Shown: one piece after another, positions 14,443 to 27,236 of the stretch
Layout: each line of letters starts with the position of its first letter
How positions within the stretch are numbered: position 1 is the stretch's first letter
NCBI GenBank assembly: GCA_964016885.1
Contig: OZ024760.1
Coordinates: 13,578,001 to 13,642,000 of the forward strand
Reading direction: 5' to 3'
From: Eledone cirrhosa
Lineage: Eukaryota
DNA length: 64,000 bases
Notes under the pieces: generated by a model
Told to the model about the DNA's origin: nothing
What the model saw: the letters and a program-made list of their open reading frames with translations, nothing else
The model's database searches: none
Translations under genes and position numbers: made by a program

Positions 14443-15097
14443 TAAAATAATATTTAAGCATAGAAATGACTCAACAGGTAGGCAAATCAGAGAAACAACT
14501 GAGATAGAACTAAGAAGACCGAAGTTGAACAGAAAGAACGAATGGAATAACAACAACAACCATATCCAAACAAACAATACTGACTTAAGGGAAATATAAA
14601 TAAATAAATAAATAAATACATACACAAATACAATAACAACAAACACATATAAACACACACTAGGGAACAAAGATAGAATACAAAAACAAAAACACATACA
14701 CTCAAACGTGAACACACACACCAAACATTATACACACATGCAAACACATGCGCAGAGACAGAGACAAGAATAAATAAATAAATAAATAAAAATAAAAATG
14801 GTGTAGACATTACAATACAATGGGAGGAAACATAATGGTACCACTGATAATGTTGCAGATGTGTGACAAAAGAACTTTGATAGACTATATAGTGTATATA
14901 TATATTTATATCTGTATTTTTAACTGATGGTCCATCAATGTTAAACATTGATTGCCAAATAAATTAACTCTGGAGATATAAAAGATACAGAAGCGAAAAC
15001 CAACCAAACAGTGAGTGTGTTCTGTTATTATTTCTGGCAATATTATAACAATATGACCCTCCCCAAGTATAACAATATATATATATATATATATCGA

Positions 15098-15360
15098 GAT
15101 CGTGTAGGTGTCACGAGAAAAAAAACACACAGTCCACGCTCTAATGTGGTTGTGTAGGTAACACGGTAAAAAGTTCCCAGTTCCACACTGTAAATGTGGT
15201 TGGTGTTAGGAAGGGCATCCAGCCATAGAAAACCTGCCAGATAGTCCTATATGAGCGAGACACGGTCACCCGACCAAACCTTGCCTCAAGTGGGACAACT
15301 CCCGTCTAACCCATGCTAGCATGGAAAGTGGACATTAAACGAAGATGATGATGATGATGA
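15098..15360 (+). mobile_element. RTE-type LINE 3'UTR fragment
   Basis: Matches 17893-18153 and ends in (GAT)n. Confidence 0.85.
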
Positions 15361-15887
15361 TATGTTCTGTCCTACACCATCCTGTTTTTGTGTGTTGTGT
15401 TGTGTGCTTAGTTTGCACATGCATTACATCTGGGTATGTGTTTATTTATTTATGAGTTTATTTACTTCTGCAATCTTCTCCTATCGACACAGCAGCACTC
15501 ACGGTAAGTCTTTCACCTTCCCAATCGGATTAGCGTAGGTTCCAATGTCCCATTGTCCTGCTTCAAAGCCTAACAAACAATAAACAATGTTCCTTACATA
15601 CAAAGGACATTTGTTTGTGACGGACTACAAACTCACACTCACACACACTCATTCAGACACAGACACATACTCATACGCACTCACACACACTCACACATAT
15701 ACACACACATATACTCACACATACTCTCATAGACCCACACAGACACACTCTCACACGCAAGAAATGAAATACAATTATGATATATAAATCCAATTATTGT
15801 TATATCTCTGGAGATTATAGCTAATATGTAAGGATTGGTGTGGTGGTGATGTAGGGACTAAAGTGAGGGGTGGTGGTGGTGGTGGTG

Positions 15888-16264
15888 GTGGTGGTGGTGT
15901 TGGAGCTACATGTTAAGGCTGGTGGTGGTAGTGTTGGAGCTACATGTTAAGGCTGGTGGTGGTGGTGTTGGAGCTACATGTTAAGGCTGGTGGTGGTGGT
16001 GTTGGAGCTACATGTTAAGGCTGGTGGTGGTAGTGTTGGAGCTACATGTTAAGGCTGGTGGTGGTGGTGTTGGAGCTACATGTTAAGGCTGGTGGTGGTA
16101 GTGTTGGAGCTACATGTTAAGGCTGGTGGTGGTGGTGTTGGAGCTACATGTTAAGGCTGGTGGTGGTAGTGTTGGAGCTACATGTTAAGGCTGGTGGTGG
16201 TAGTGTTGGAGCTACATGTTAAGGCTGGTGGTGGTGGTGTTGGAGCTACATGTTAAGGCTGGTG
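15888..16264. repeat. 34-bp minisatellite, about 11 copies
   Basis: Unit tggagctacatgttaaggctggtggtggt(a/g)gtgt. Confidence 0.97.
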
Positions 16265-16820
16265 ACTTCTATTGTGAGATGGGGGGGGGGATTGGGCTAC
16301 ATATCTGCCAAATCACAAACTATATTCAACTCACAAACACAATGACACAATGACCAATACAAAACCTATATTTATGTGTTTTATATATTAGCCCCATTCA
16401 CACCAGCCCCTCCCACCCCCTCTACACCAGCCCTCCCAGGAGAACAAAAATAGAGACAGGATCACAAAGGATAGATAGTATTTTAGTAGTAATCTAATGT
16501 AGAGAAAAGGTCAACCTAAATCTAGAGTAAAAGATTAGTTGACCAGACCAAGATACCTGACAGTAGAATTAAACCTGGAACCCCAGTATTCTAAAGTGAG
16601 CTCCTTAACCATTGGACCATTCCTGTGATAATTATTTAATTATTTATTGAGTATTATATTGATATATTCCACAATGTTTTAATTGTGGGACTCCTGGTAT
16701 TTGTCAGCCTGATTCTTTGATGCATAACTTTTCTACATACATGTTGGAGCTATCATTTATTAACAGGGTATACATGTATGCGTGTATGTTTGTGTATACA
16801 TACATATATATATATATATA

Positions 16821-17140
16821 TCATCATCATCATTTTAAGTCCGCTTTTCCCTGCTTGCAAGGGTGGGGCGGGAACTGATTCTGGCTTGATTTCTACAGCT
16901 GGATGCCCTTCCTAACACCAACCTCATTTACAGTGAGTGCTGGGTGCTTTTTTGCCATAGCACCTCCACGACCACTTTGCAGTGGAATGATATGGACTCT
17001 AGTCCCTATCATCTTATTTCTACAGCTGAGTAAACTGGAGCAATGTGAAATAAAGTGTCTTAAACAACACATCACCCGGTCTGAGAATCGAACTCACAAC
17101 CTTTCGATAAGGCCAATGCTCTAACCACCAAGCCATTGCG
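16821..17140 (-). mobile_element. tRNA-derived SINE, family A
   Basis: Reverse complement of 9747-10070. Confidence 0.88.
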
Positions 17141-17142
17141 CA

Positions 17143-18153
17143 GAGTGTAGGAAAGGCGTAGGTAGAAATTCCATTTTGTGTCCCAAATGAAAAGTTTGGG
17201 TTCATAAAAGATGTAGTGGGATCACAGGTAAGCTAACTAAGAACATAGATTTTACATGTGGCCGGTGTTCTGGGGCAATAAGTAGCAGCAAGTGCCCACA
17301 AATACTAGCTCTTTCAACTGCGCAGAGGGTTCTATAGAAATAGTGGACAGCTTCCGTTACCTGGGTGACAAAATCAGCAGTGGGGGAGGGTGCTCTGAAA
17401 GTACAGTAGCTAGAGTCAGAACTGGGTGGAAAAAGTTCAGAGAGCTTATATCACTATTAGCCGCTAAAGGGTTCTCCCTAAATGGATGTGTAATAGTAAT
17501 ATACGTGAACGACAAAGCATAAACGAACTAAGGAAAAAATTAGAAATAAGAGGGATCAGATGTTGTTTACTAGAGAGAAGGCTACGTTGGTATGGTCACG
17601 TGATGCGCATGAAGGACGATAGCTGTATAACAAAGTGCAGGGCAATAAAGATAGACGGTAGCCACGGAATAGGCAGACCCAGAAAAACCTGGGACAATGT
17701 CATTGGACCGAGACCTTTGGCGGTACTCAGTAATAGAGAAGACCCGCCTTACCTAAATACAAAGTAAAACCTACTACAGCCAGTAGGCATCTCTAAAAAA
17801 ATACACCCCCGTCCCACCACCCCCACCCCATCCACACCGCCCCCTTCTATGTAAAGTTATGTTGGTGCCACACCATCCAGGCCGAAACAAATGAGATCGT
17901 GTAGGTGTCATGACAAAAAAAACACACAGTCCACGCTGTAATGTGGCCGTGTAGGCAACACGGTAAAAACCTCCCAGACCCACACTGTAAATGTGGTTGG
18001 TGTTAGGAAGGGCATCCCACTGTAGAAAACCTGCCAGACAGTCCTATGCGAGCAAGACAATCACTCTTGCCTCAAGTGGGAAAACCCCCGTCCAAACCCA
18101 TGCAAGCGTGGAACACGGACGTTAAACGATGATGATGATGATGATGATGATGA
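17143..18153 (+). mobile_element. 5'-truncated, internally deleted RTE-type LINE
   Basis: IEIVDSFRYLGD and RRLRWYGHVMRM...GRPRKTW peptides; deletions near 17481 and 17697 relative to the copy at 59060; (GAT)n tail. Confidence 0.92.
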
Positions 18154-18754
18154 TATATATATATATGTGGGTGTGTATATATGCATGTGTGTATAAGTAC
18201 GCATGTAAATATGTATGTGTGTATATATGCATGTGTGTATAAGTACGCATGTAAATATGTATGTGTGTATATAAATGTATGTATATGTGTAAATATAAGG
18301 ATTTCTAAACAAACAATGAACAACATTGAAGAGAACAAGAGAAATTGTTTCCTAAACATGCTGGCTTTTTAGTTGATAGGCATTGATTTGTTTTATATAC
18401 ACACTAACTCGCTTTAGCATATAAATATTTAATATACATACATCATATATATATACATACACACATAAACATATATATACGTATATACACACATATATAT
18501 TTATATATATACATATACACGCACACACATATATATATAAATACAAACACACACATATAAATACCACCACACACTCACATATAGGTGTTAGTCAGAACGA
18601 GATGGACCATACCATATAAGGATTTCAGATTGTTTTCCTAAGAATATTGAACCATCCGGTAATTGATCCATCCGTTAGTTTCCTTTTCAATTTTGTTATC
18701 GTTGGACATCTACCAACTAAGAAGTACCTATCATATTAACTAACAAATATTTAA

Positions 18755-18962
18755 CCCTTTAGCATTTACATTACTCTGTAGTTACTATTGTATTTTCGTG
18801 GTAAACACTTTATCTCACATAACATCAAAAGTACAAAATTTTGATGTTATTTATTTTGAGAACAATACCTTAACATCAGTATGAGTGTCCAGTTACGACT
18901 GGTTTGAACAGAAAAATGTGAGAGAATTCTGGCTGGATATGGCCGGTTTAAATGCTAAAGGG
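18755..18962. mobile_element. piggyBac-like MITE
   Basis: 14-bp TIRs ccctttagcattta / taaatgctaaaggg, flanked by TTAA (18751) and ATAA (18963). Confidence 0.8.
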
Positions 18963-19186
18963 ATAATTTTCAATGTGACAAGGGCATTGTGTGGGTTTGT
19001 ATTTTTCTTGAATGTATTTTTGGATGTTTCATGTGGAATAGGATGTTAGACTTATCAAATGTTTTTCTTCTTCTTCTTCTTCTTCTTCTTCTCATTGTTC
19101 TAGAATGACACACCCCATTGAACAGATGCACCTTAAACGGAATAGTTGAGGAGTAAACTAAAACCGTGACAAGTGAATCTGTGAAT

Positions 19187-20065
19187 ATGGTACTGGATCC
19201 AAACATCACCATTGCCGCAGGTCTGGTTAACAATGACAACGATACAGCAAGAGAAGTGTTAGAAGTGACGCGGTTTGTTGTACAGAAAATTCTAAGTCCG
19301 ACTGTGTCCACGATTGGTTTCGTGGGCAACACCTTAAGCATAATTGTTTTGAGTCGGCGTCGCATGCAAAGTTCCACCAATGTCTACCTCACGGCACTGT
19401 CGGTGTGTGACCTTCTCTATTTATTCTTCATGGTCACACTCAGCTTTACGCACTGTTCCTACCAAGAGCAGCCAAAGTTTATATTCTATTACATGCCATA
19501 TGCTAGGGTTCTCACAGACCTCTTTGGTAACATGGCCGTGTGGCTGACTGTGTCGTTTACGGTGGAGAGATACGTCGGTGTTCGATACCCGATGCGTGGC
19601 CGTATATGGTGCACAGTGCACCGAGCAAAGATGATAAGTTTTCTAGTATTTATTATTTGTTTGATTAACACGAGCCCAGAATTTTTCGAAATGGAGATTC
19701 TTGAGAAGAAACTCTCCGCCCACAACCAAACAGTCATCTTCTTTGTCTGTGACAACACCAAGTTTGCCCAAACTGACAGTTACCAAATCGGATACTACTG
19801 GTGGTTTGTCTCATTCTTTACTTTCATTCCGATGATTCTGCTCTCAGTGTTCAACAGTCTGTTAATACGCATTGTATGGAAGTCTTCGGTAATCCGCCGA
19901 TCGTTAGCCAATTCTAATGTAACTGGTCAAGCACAACGCCATGGAAGTGGTCAAAACAGGATAACTATCATGTTAATTAATGTGGTCATTATCTTCCTCG
20001 TTTGCCAATTACCGTGGACTGGTCTTCTACTTTACAGAACTTATAGGGATGCACATGGAATCCGA
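19187..20065 (+). CDS. Class A (rhodopsin-like) neuropeptide GPCR, FMRFamide/sex-peptide-receptor-like; coding exon 1 (TM1-TM6)
   Basis: GFVGN (TM1), LSVCD (TM2), ERY (TM3), CQLP (TM6); ATG 19187 follows an in-frame stop at 19154; donor CGA|GTAAGT at 20066, phase 0. Confidence 0.93.
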
Positions 20066-20507
20066 GTAAGTGGAAATCAAAATTGTACTTCTTGTTTGTG
20101 ACTATGTTAGAAGAGAGAGAAACTGGGGTCGAAACTGCCAAAGTCCACCTGGGGACTTTGGCAGTTTCAACCCCTACCAACGGTACTGCTGGTCCACACA
20201 TACATACACATACACACACATACACACATACATACATAGACGCACACACACACATACATACAAGAAAGTGAGAGGGAGCAGTTTCGATTATTTTTGTTCG
20301 AAAGACAAAGCAAGCCATGAACTACAGAAGATAGAGGACACTGTTTAGCAGAGTAGAATATATAAGATATAATTAATTAATTAAAATATTAATTGCTATA
20401 TATGTACCTGCCTTTCACCTGCTGTTGCCATGGGAGATTTTCAAGCAAGATTAAAAACGATTTCCATCATTATAAATTTATAAATGGTAGGAAAATATTT
20501 TGTAACA

Positions 20508-20621
20508 ACAGCCAGAGAAATGTATGTATATGAATAACAACTAGGATTTAATATATTATATATATATATATATATAATATATTAAATTCTAGATGTTATT
20601 CATATACATACATTTCTCTGG

Positions 20622-20625
<4 letters not shown>
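20508..20625. repeat. Intronic fold-back centred on (TA)n
   Basis: acagccagagaaatgtatgtatatgaataaca / tgttattcatatacatacatttctctggctgt. Confidence 0.9.
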
Positions 20626-20660
<35 letters not shown>

Positions 20661-20763
20661 GAGAGGTGGGAGATAGCTGTGTTCATTTATTTCTTTGAGG
20701 TTTTATTTTTTTTTTGTTTTCTTTGTTGTTGTTGTTTTCATCATTTCATTTTATTTGATTCAG

Positions 20764-21033
20764 GTGAGAGATTCGGTGTTGAAAATCCTTGGAAACTTTG
20801 CCAACCTTCTCGTACAAATGAACGCTGCCAGCAATTTCTTCCTTTACTCTTTCTTCAGCGGAGAATTCCGTCAAACTCTGAAAAACCTTCTCAGCTGCGA
20901 TGACAAAAAACGCAGTTCAATTGTGGTGGAGACCACCATAACAGGCACTCCGATAAGACGTCCGTTATTTGCAGAGAGTAACTCAAACAACAGCTCTGGA
21001 TTCCGGGAACGAGCATATTCTACCTTTTATTAA
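20764..21033 (+). CDS. GPCR coding exon 2 (TM7, helix 8, C-tail); joined CDS is 382 aa
   Basis: Acceptor tttgattcag| at 20763; NAASNFFLY (NPxxY variant) and SGEFRQTL; frame is compatible with exon 1. Confidence 0.92.
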   Translation: MRDSVLKILGNFANLLVQMNAASNFFLYSFFSGEFRQTLKNLLSCDDKKRSSIVVETTITGTPIRRPLFAESNSNNSSGFRERAYSTFY

Positions 21034-21284
21034 AAAAAAATAAGCCAAATATTTGGTTTCTGTTTGTTATTTATCGATTCTGTTATTGTTGTTGTTTTAA
21101 AGGCCATTCTTTATTTGACAATGAAATAAAAGATATTTTAAATTACACGGCTCTCGATTATGAAGTACGATGGAACATTTAGGATAAAAAACAAAATGAG
21201 AGGCAAAACATATACATAAGTTTCGATTAACTTTTATGTAGAAAACAATCACAATATATCTCATATACATATATATATATATAT

Positions 21285-21326
<42 letters not shown>

Positions 21327-21946
21327 GTACATGGTTTCTTAGTGAAGCCAACAGATAGGACTTTCTGTTCAAAGCCAGTGATACGGATTAACCATGGATT
21401 AACAACCACATTCTTGTCTGCTTAGCTGAAATGATGGTAAAGAACAATGGATTAATAACTCCTCTTACTTTGATCTCTTAATCTTTCATTGTTCAACATT
21501 CTGTTCAAAATTTAACACTGAATTTGACAAAAGCTCTGCTACATATATGAAGATTGTAAAATAGAAACTGGTGTAACAATCCAAAATTTCAAAATTTCAG
21601 AATTTCTCAATTGCTTCTTAATTTAACCAACGCCAGATGTTTTCAGTTCTAGCTACAGGCTTATCCCCCCCCCCCCCCCAAAAAAAAAAGAAGAAAGAGA
21701 AAAAAAGAAAAGAAAAAGAAAACAATGGAATTGATGGCCAACAGCTATTTAGCTTAATGGATAATTTACTGCTCCAGAATCCTAGAGATGCAGTGTTCGA
21801 TTCTTCAAAATCGACTCAATCAACTTCTTTCCATCTCCAGGGGTACTTTACCTGATTATCTCAACTATTGTTTATAGCAATCAACTATTATTATAATCAT
21901 TGCCATTGGGATGACTATGTTTCAAAAAGTTTCATATATATATATG

Positions 21947-22012
<66 letters not shown>

Positions 22013-22048
22013 GAAGTTGTAGTTCACTTGAAGCATTGTGTAATGAGG

Positions 22049-22224
22049 TATAAACGTTTGGAGTTGTAAGGCCAGGACAATACAGGTATGGATATAGAAT
22101 ATAAATGCAAAAATATAAATGCAAATGCAAAAGATATTGTTGACAATTAGTCAACAATATCTTTTGCATTTGCATTTATATTCTATATCCATACCTGCAT
22201 TGTCTTGGCCTTACAACTCCAAAC

Positions 22225-22231
<7 letters not shown>
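22049..22231. repeat. Near-perfect fold-back, ~85-95-bp arms
   Basis: tataaacgtttggagttgtaaggcc... / ...ggccttacaactccaaacgtttata, centre gttgacaattagtcaac. Confidence 0.92.
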
Positions 22232-22269
<38 letters not shown>

Positions 22270-22403
22270 CTTTAAAGAATTAGCTTTTAATGAATCCCCT
22301 TTCTTTAAATACTTCAACCAATGACCTACACCCATCCCAATCCCCACCCTCTCCTACCACCAGATTAGGAAAGACATAAATACTACCATTTACTTGGACA
22401 GCC

Positions 22404-22463
22404 AGCTTCCTGATTTCTCACGAATGAAACAGTTCTAGTCCTGTAGAAGCTCTTCTATATTAA

Positions 22464-22466
<3 letters not shown>
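22404..22466 (+). ncRNA. Degenerate hammerhead motif (same family as 7127 and 29845)
   Basis: agcttc-ctgat(GA missing)-ttctcacgaat-gaaa-cagttctagtcctg-ta-gaagct; stem I perfect, core defective. Confidence 0.5.
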
Positions 22467-22516
<50 letters not shown>

Positions 22517-22981
22517 CATATATATATATATATATCATGGAAAATGGCGTTTAACAGTGATGATGGTGATAAATACATATATATACATATATGTAAATAT
22601 GTATGCATATGTGTAACCATACATCACTAATTTCTCTACACACATACATATAGACAGGCACATGTACACATGAGCATAAACACATGCCCATGTGTATATA
22701 AAAGGTAATGCATATGTATGTATACATACAAACATACCTCAAGACTTATGAAAGACAAATACACATGTAAGCAGCAACAGAAAGTTACAAGATCTCCCTC
22801 TCTCTCTCTCTGTATATATATATATATATATATAACAGAATTTATTTTAATGCACTTTTAAAAAAAATTTTTGTGAATATATTTTTGGGGGACACTCTGT
22901 ATATATATTCATTTATTATGGCTAATTAGTGAGACTGTTACTCTGGTGTTTCACCTGTACTCACAGGATCATCAGATAAAC

Positions 22982-23030
22982 CTTGTCTGATGATACTGTG
23001 AGTGTACAGGTGAAACTCCAGAGTAACAAG
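22982..23030 (+). ncRNA. Type I hammerhead motif inside fold-back 22907-23054
   Basis: cttgt-CTGATGA-tactgtgagtgtacaggt-GAAA-ctccagag-TA-acaag; stem I cttgt/acaag; second copy on the - arm. Confidence 0.72.
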
Positions 23031-25633
23031 ACTACTTAGTCATAATAAATGTATGTTTAAACTCTACTTTGGTATTGAGTACGTTTTCTCACACCTATCA
23101 ATAATACATATATATATATATACACATACATATATATAAATACATACATATATATATAAACACATACAAATATATATATACACACATACACATATACACA
23201 TTGAAAACTGCTGCAAAACAATCCATTCTGTATTTTTTTGTTTTCTTTTCCTTTCCTTCCTTGAAATCACAATAAAAGAATAATTAATCACATTGTTACC
23301 GTTTTTTATCAACCATTTTATAGTTCCCTGGTGAGGTTTTATTAGACTGAAACATGTCTAGTGTTGTCCCCCTGTTGCTAAAGCCCAGACACAATATTTA
23401 CTGTATTTCATATTTAATTCTAATTACTCTAAATATTTGTGTATATGTCACCAAAAACCCAATATGTGACCTTTCAACTGAACCTACCAAACCTCAATTC
23501 AAAATATCTGATATATAAATGCTTTGCTAACGCAGTTACGTGTGGTTTGTCGATTCAAATGTTTATAGTATCTTTACTAGTGGACAGATTATTGTGGTGG
23601 AGGTGTTGATGATGGTGATGACGATGGAGGTGTTGATGATAATGACGATGGTGGTGGAGGTGTTGATGATGATGATGATGGTGGAGGTGTTGTTGATGTT
23701 GATGATGGTGGCGGTGACGATGATGATGACGATGGCGGTGATGGTGGTGGAAGAGTTGATGATGGTGGAGGTGTTGATGATGATGACAATGATGATGAAG
23801 GACCAAAGTAAAGATTTATCATTATTCAGCTTAATTCCATTTATCCTGAAGTTTATTAAAGTATCAACTCCAGACTTATATTCCATTATCTACTGCCAAC
23901 ATTCTAGAATCTCCTTCATCAATGTAGCTCTTCCTAAGTATCAAAATATAGATATGTTCACTTAGTTTTCTTCTCTTTTTAATTTCTTTTCCATTTTTTA
24001 AATTCCATTTTGCCATCTTGTACAATTTCTTCTCTCACAGAATTTGGCTTATATATATATATTGTATTTTGTTGTTGATGTTGATGTTGTTGCTGATGTT
24101 GTTGTTGTTGATGTTATTGTTGATGTTGATGTTGCTGAGTGCCCAACATCATTAAAATTGAAATGGTTGAATGGTTTAAAACCATGTAAGATACCATTAT
24201 ATAAATGTGTTAAGATGAAGAGAAAAAATTTATATAATTTCATATTTCTCACTCAGTCTCAGAAAATTGATAAATAATATTTTAAAAAAAGTGAAAATAT
24301 TGAAGTACCTTTCTTTATTGAAGTGGTGAACATCGTAAAGTACCTTATAGCTGATAACAGTAATGGCATAATTGCGTTAGTTCAGAGATTCTTATAAAAC
24401 TACATCATATTCCTCCCCTTGGAATCCAAAGTTTCCTTAGTTCCTCCTCCATTTTGACAACTAGAACCATCTAGAAATGTTTTGTCCAAGTACCGTATTA
24501 ATATAACTAACCTTTTCAAACATTAATAGTTTTAGATCTCAGTGGGTTTTCAAGATATTTTAGCATTTCCTTTGATATATATTTATATATATCTACAGTT
24601 GGGTATATTGATATTTCTTTTAACTTTTAGTATATATATATTATATATACTAGCAGAAAAACCACCCTTCGGGTGGTTTTCTGCTAGCTTCTGTAGTGTG
24701 TATATTGATATTATACGCAAGTATATATACATGTAGATATGATGCATCAAATAAAATCATAATTGACAATATACACAGAAATTGAACGAAGACTGTGTTA
24801 CACTGTCTTATGTAATCAGTAATGTAATCCATGATACATTAAAAAAAGACGATATTATATATAAACTGCATTAGGAGAAAATTAGTGACAGAAATATATG
24901 AATATTTATTTAAGCGATCGCTAACCGGAAGTGTTGACATTTGAACATTTTAAAGAAGTGAATCTTTAAATAAGTAATAAAATATATTTAATGAACAGCC
25001 ACGAAATTTAGTAGATAAATTATGTAATATTCATTCTTTATTTATTCAAAGTAATCCAATTTATTTTACTAATAGGATAAACAATTATAAACCGTACGCA
25101 GTCCAGCGCTCCTTACTTTATTATAGTTTAGATGTGCGTGTGTATATATATATGTGTGTGTGTATATGTATATATATATATACACACACACACAAACATA
25201 TATATATACTATAACTGGGTATATTTCATGTGATATATATATAATGTGCACTATAATTGGGTATATTGGTATTTCATTTAATATATACACAATATACACT
25301 CTTGTTAAGTATATTAGTATTCCATTTAATATATACACAGTATGCTGTCATATCCCTTTTTAGATTCTCGTCCAATTGTTCCTTTAGCAAAAATTCCTCC
25401 CCTGAGGGCCATATTCCTCTCCTTTGTAAATGACAGCATTGGCTGTTTCTAGATAAGGATTTGAGGAAACTTTCACACAGTTTTCTGTGAATAGAAAATA
25501 ATCCTCAGCCTTTGACTGCCTTGACGGTTAATTTTACAATCTGAAATCCCAGCATAGTTACCAAAGAAGAAACAAAAAAGATTATTTTTGTCTACCAACA
25601 AAAGTATTGGTCCCTACCTGCACAATGTGTGTG

Positions 25634-25704
<71 letters not shown>

Positions 25705-25758
25705 GTATATATATATACACATATATGTATGTATATCATATATATATATATATATGAT

Positions 25759-26073
25759 AATAAAGTGTCTTGCACAAGAAAACAACACATCACCCAATTC
25801 TCAGACCGAGTGATGTGTTGTTTCCTTGAGCAGGACACTTTATTTCACATTGCTCCAGTTTACTCAACTGTAGAAATGAGACGATAGGACTTAGGTCCCT
25901 ATCATTCCACTGTAAAGTGGACGTGTAGGCGCCACGGCAAAAAAAGAACCCAGCACTCACTGTAAATGAGGTTGGTGTTATGAAGGGCATCCAGCTGTAG
26001 AAATCAAGCCAGAATCAGTTCCCGTCCCACCCTTGCAAGCAGGGAAAAGCGGACGTAAAATGATGATGATGAT
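25759..26073 (+). mobile_element. SINE family A lacking its head, with an inverted 5' duplication
   Basis: 25797-26073 matches 9800-10070; 25759-25793 is the reverse complement of 25810-25844. Confidence 0.85.
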
Positions 26074-26246
26074 ATATATATACACATATATGTATGTATA
26101 TCGTATACATACATATATATATATACACACACAATGTAAATGACAATCAAAGAGTATCTATGTAAGTATGTATGCATATCATATATATTTGTGTGCGTGT
26201 ATATATATATATATATATATATATATTAATAATAATAATATATATA

Positions 26247-27099
26247 TACCACTATTGGCCGCTAAAGGTTTCTCCCTAAAAATGAAAGGCAGACTGTATG
26301 ATGCCTGCATACAAACAGCAATGTTACATGGCAGTGAGACATGGGCATTGTGTGCAGAGGATCTGTGCAGACCGGAGAGGAATGAAGCTTGCATGTTCCA
26401 TTGGATGTGTAATAGTAATATACGTGAACGGCAAAGCATAAATGAACTAAGTGAGAAATTAAAAGAGATCAGATGCTGTTTACTCGAGAGAAGACTACGT
26501 TGGTATGATCACGTGATGCGCATGAAAGACGATAGCTGTATAAAAAAGTGTAGGGCGATCAAAATTGATGGAAGCTACGGAGTAGGCAGACCCAGAAAAA
26601 CCTGGGACGATTTGATAAATTCCGACTTCACACACTTACACCTCTCCAAGACAATATCACTGTAATACAGAAGACCAACGCAGTAATACAGAAGACCCGC
26701 CTTGCCTAAGTACAAAGCGAAAATACACCCCCAAATTACACTAACCAAAAATACACCCTCACCCCACTATCCCTACCCCCACCCCCATCTACACCACCCC
26801 TTTGTCCGTGAAGTTATGTTGGTGCCACAACATCCAGTCCTAAATAAATGAGGTCGTGTAGGTGTCACGACAAAAAAAACACACAGTTCATGCTGTAATG
26901 TGGCCGTGTAGGTAACACGGTAAAAACCTCCCAGTCCACACTGTAAACGGGGTTGGTGTTAGGAAGGGCATCCAGTCGTAGAAAACCTGCCAGACAGTCC
27001 TATACGAGCAAGACAACAATCTTGCCTCAAGTGGGACAATTCCCGTCTAAACCCATGCAAGCGTGGAAGATAGACGTTAAACGATGATGATGATGATGA
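26247..27099 (+). mobile_element. 5'-truncated RTE-type LINE
   Basis: KGRLYDACIQTAMLHGSETW...RRLRWYDHVMRM; 3'UTR; (GAT)n tail. Confidence 0.92.
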
Positions 27100-27236
27100 T
27101 ATCATTAACTCCACTGCAAACTTCCCTCACAAACGACAGCAATAACAACAACACCATAAACAACAACAACAACAACAGGATCAATCTTCTTTCAACCCCA
27201 TTTATCTGTGTAGCTGTGTGTGTATATATGTGTGTA

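Noticed and set aside
19166-20101. ORF track's single-exon GTG-start GPCR
   Set aside because: Lacks TM7; ATG 19187 plus splicing to 20764 gives a complete 7-TM protein
23328-23358. ctggtga-ggttttattagact-gaaa-catg-tc hammerhead-like motif
   Set aside because: Core A6 is mutated and stem I cannot form; a relic at best
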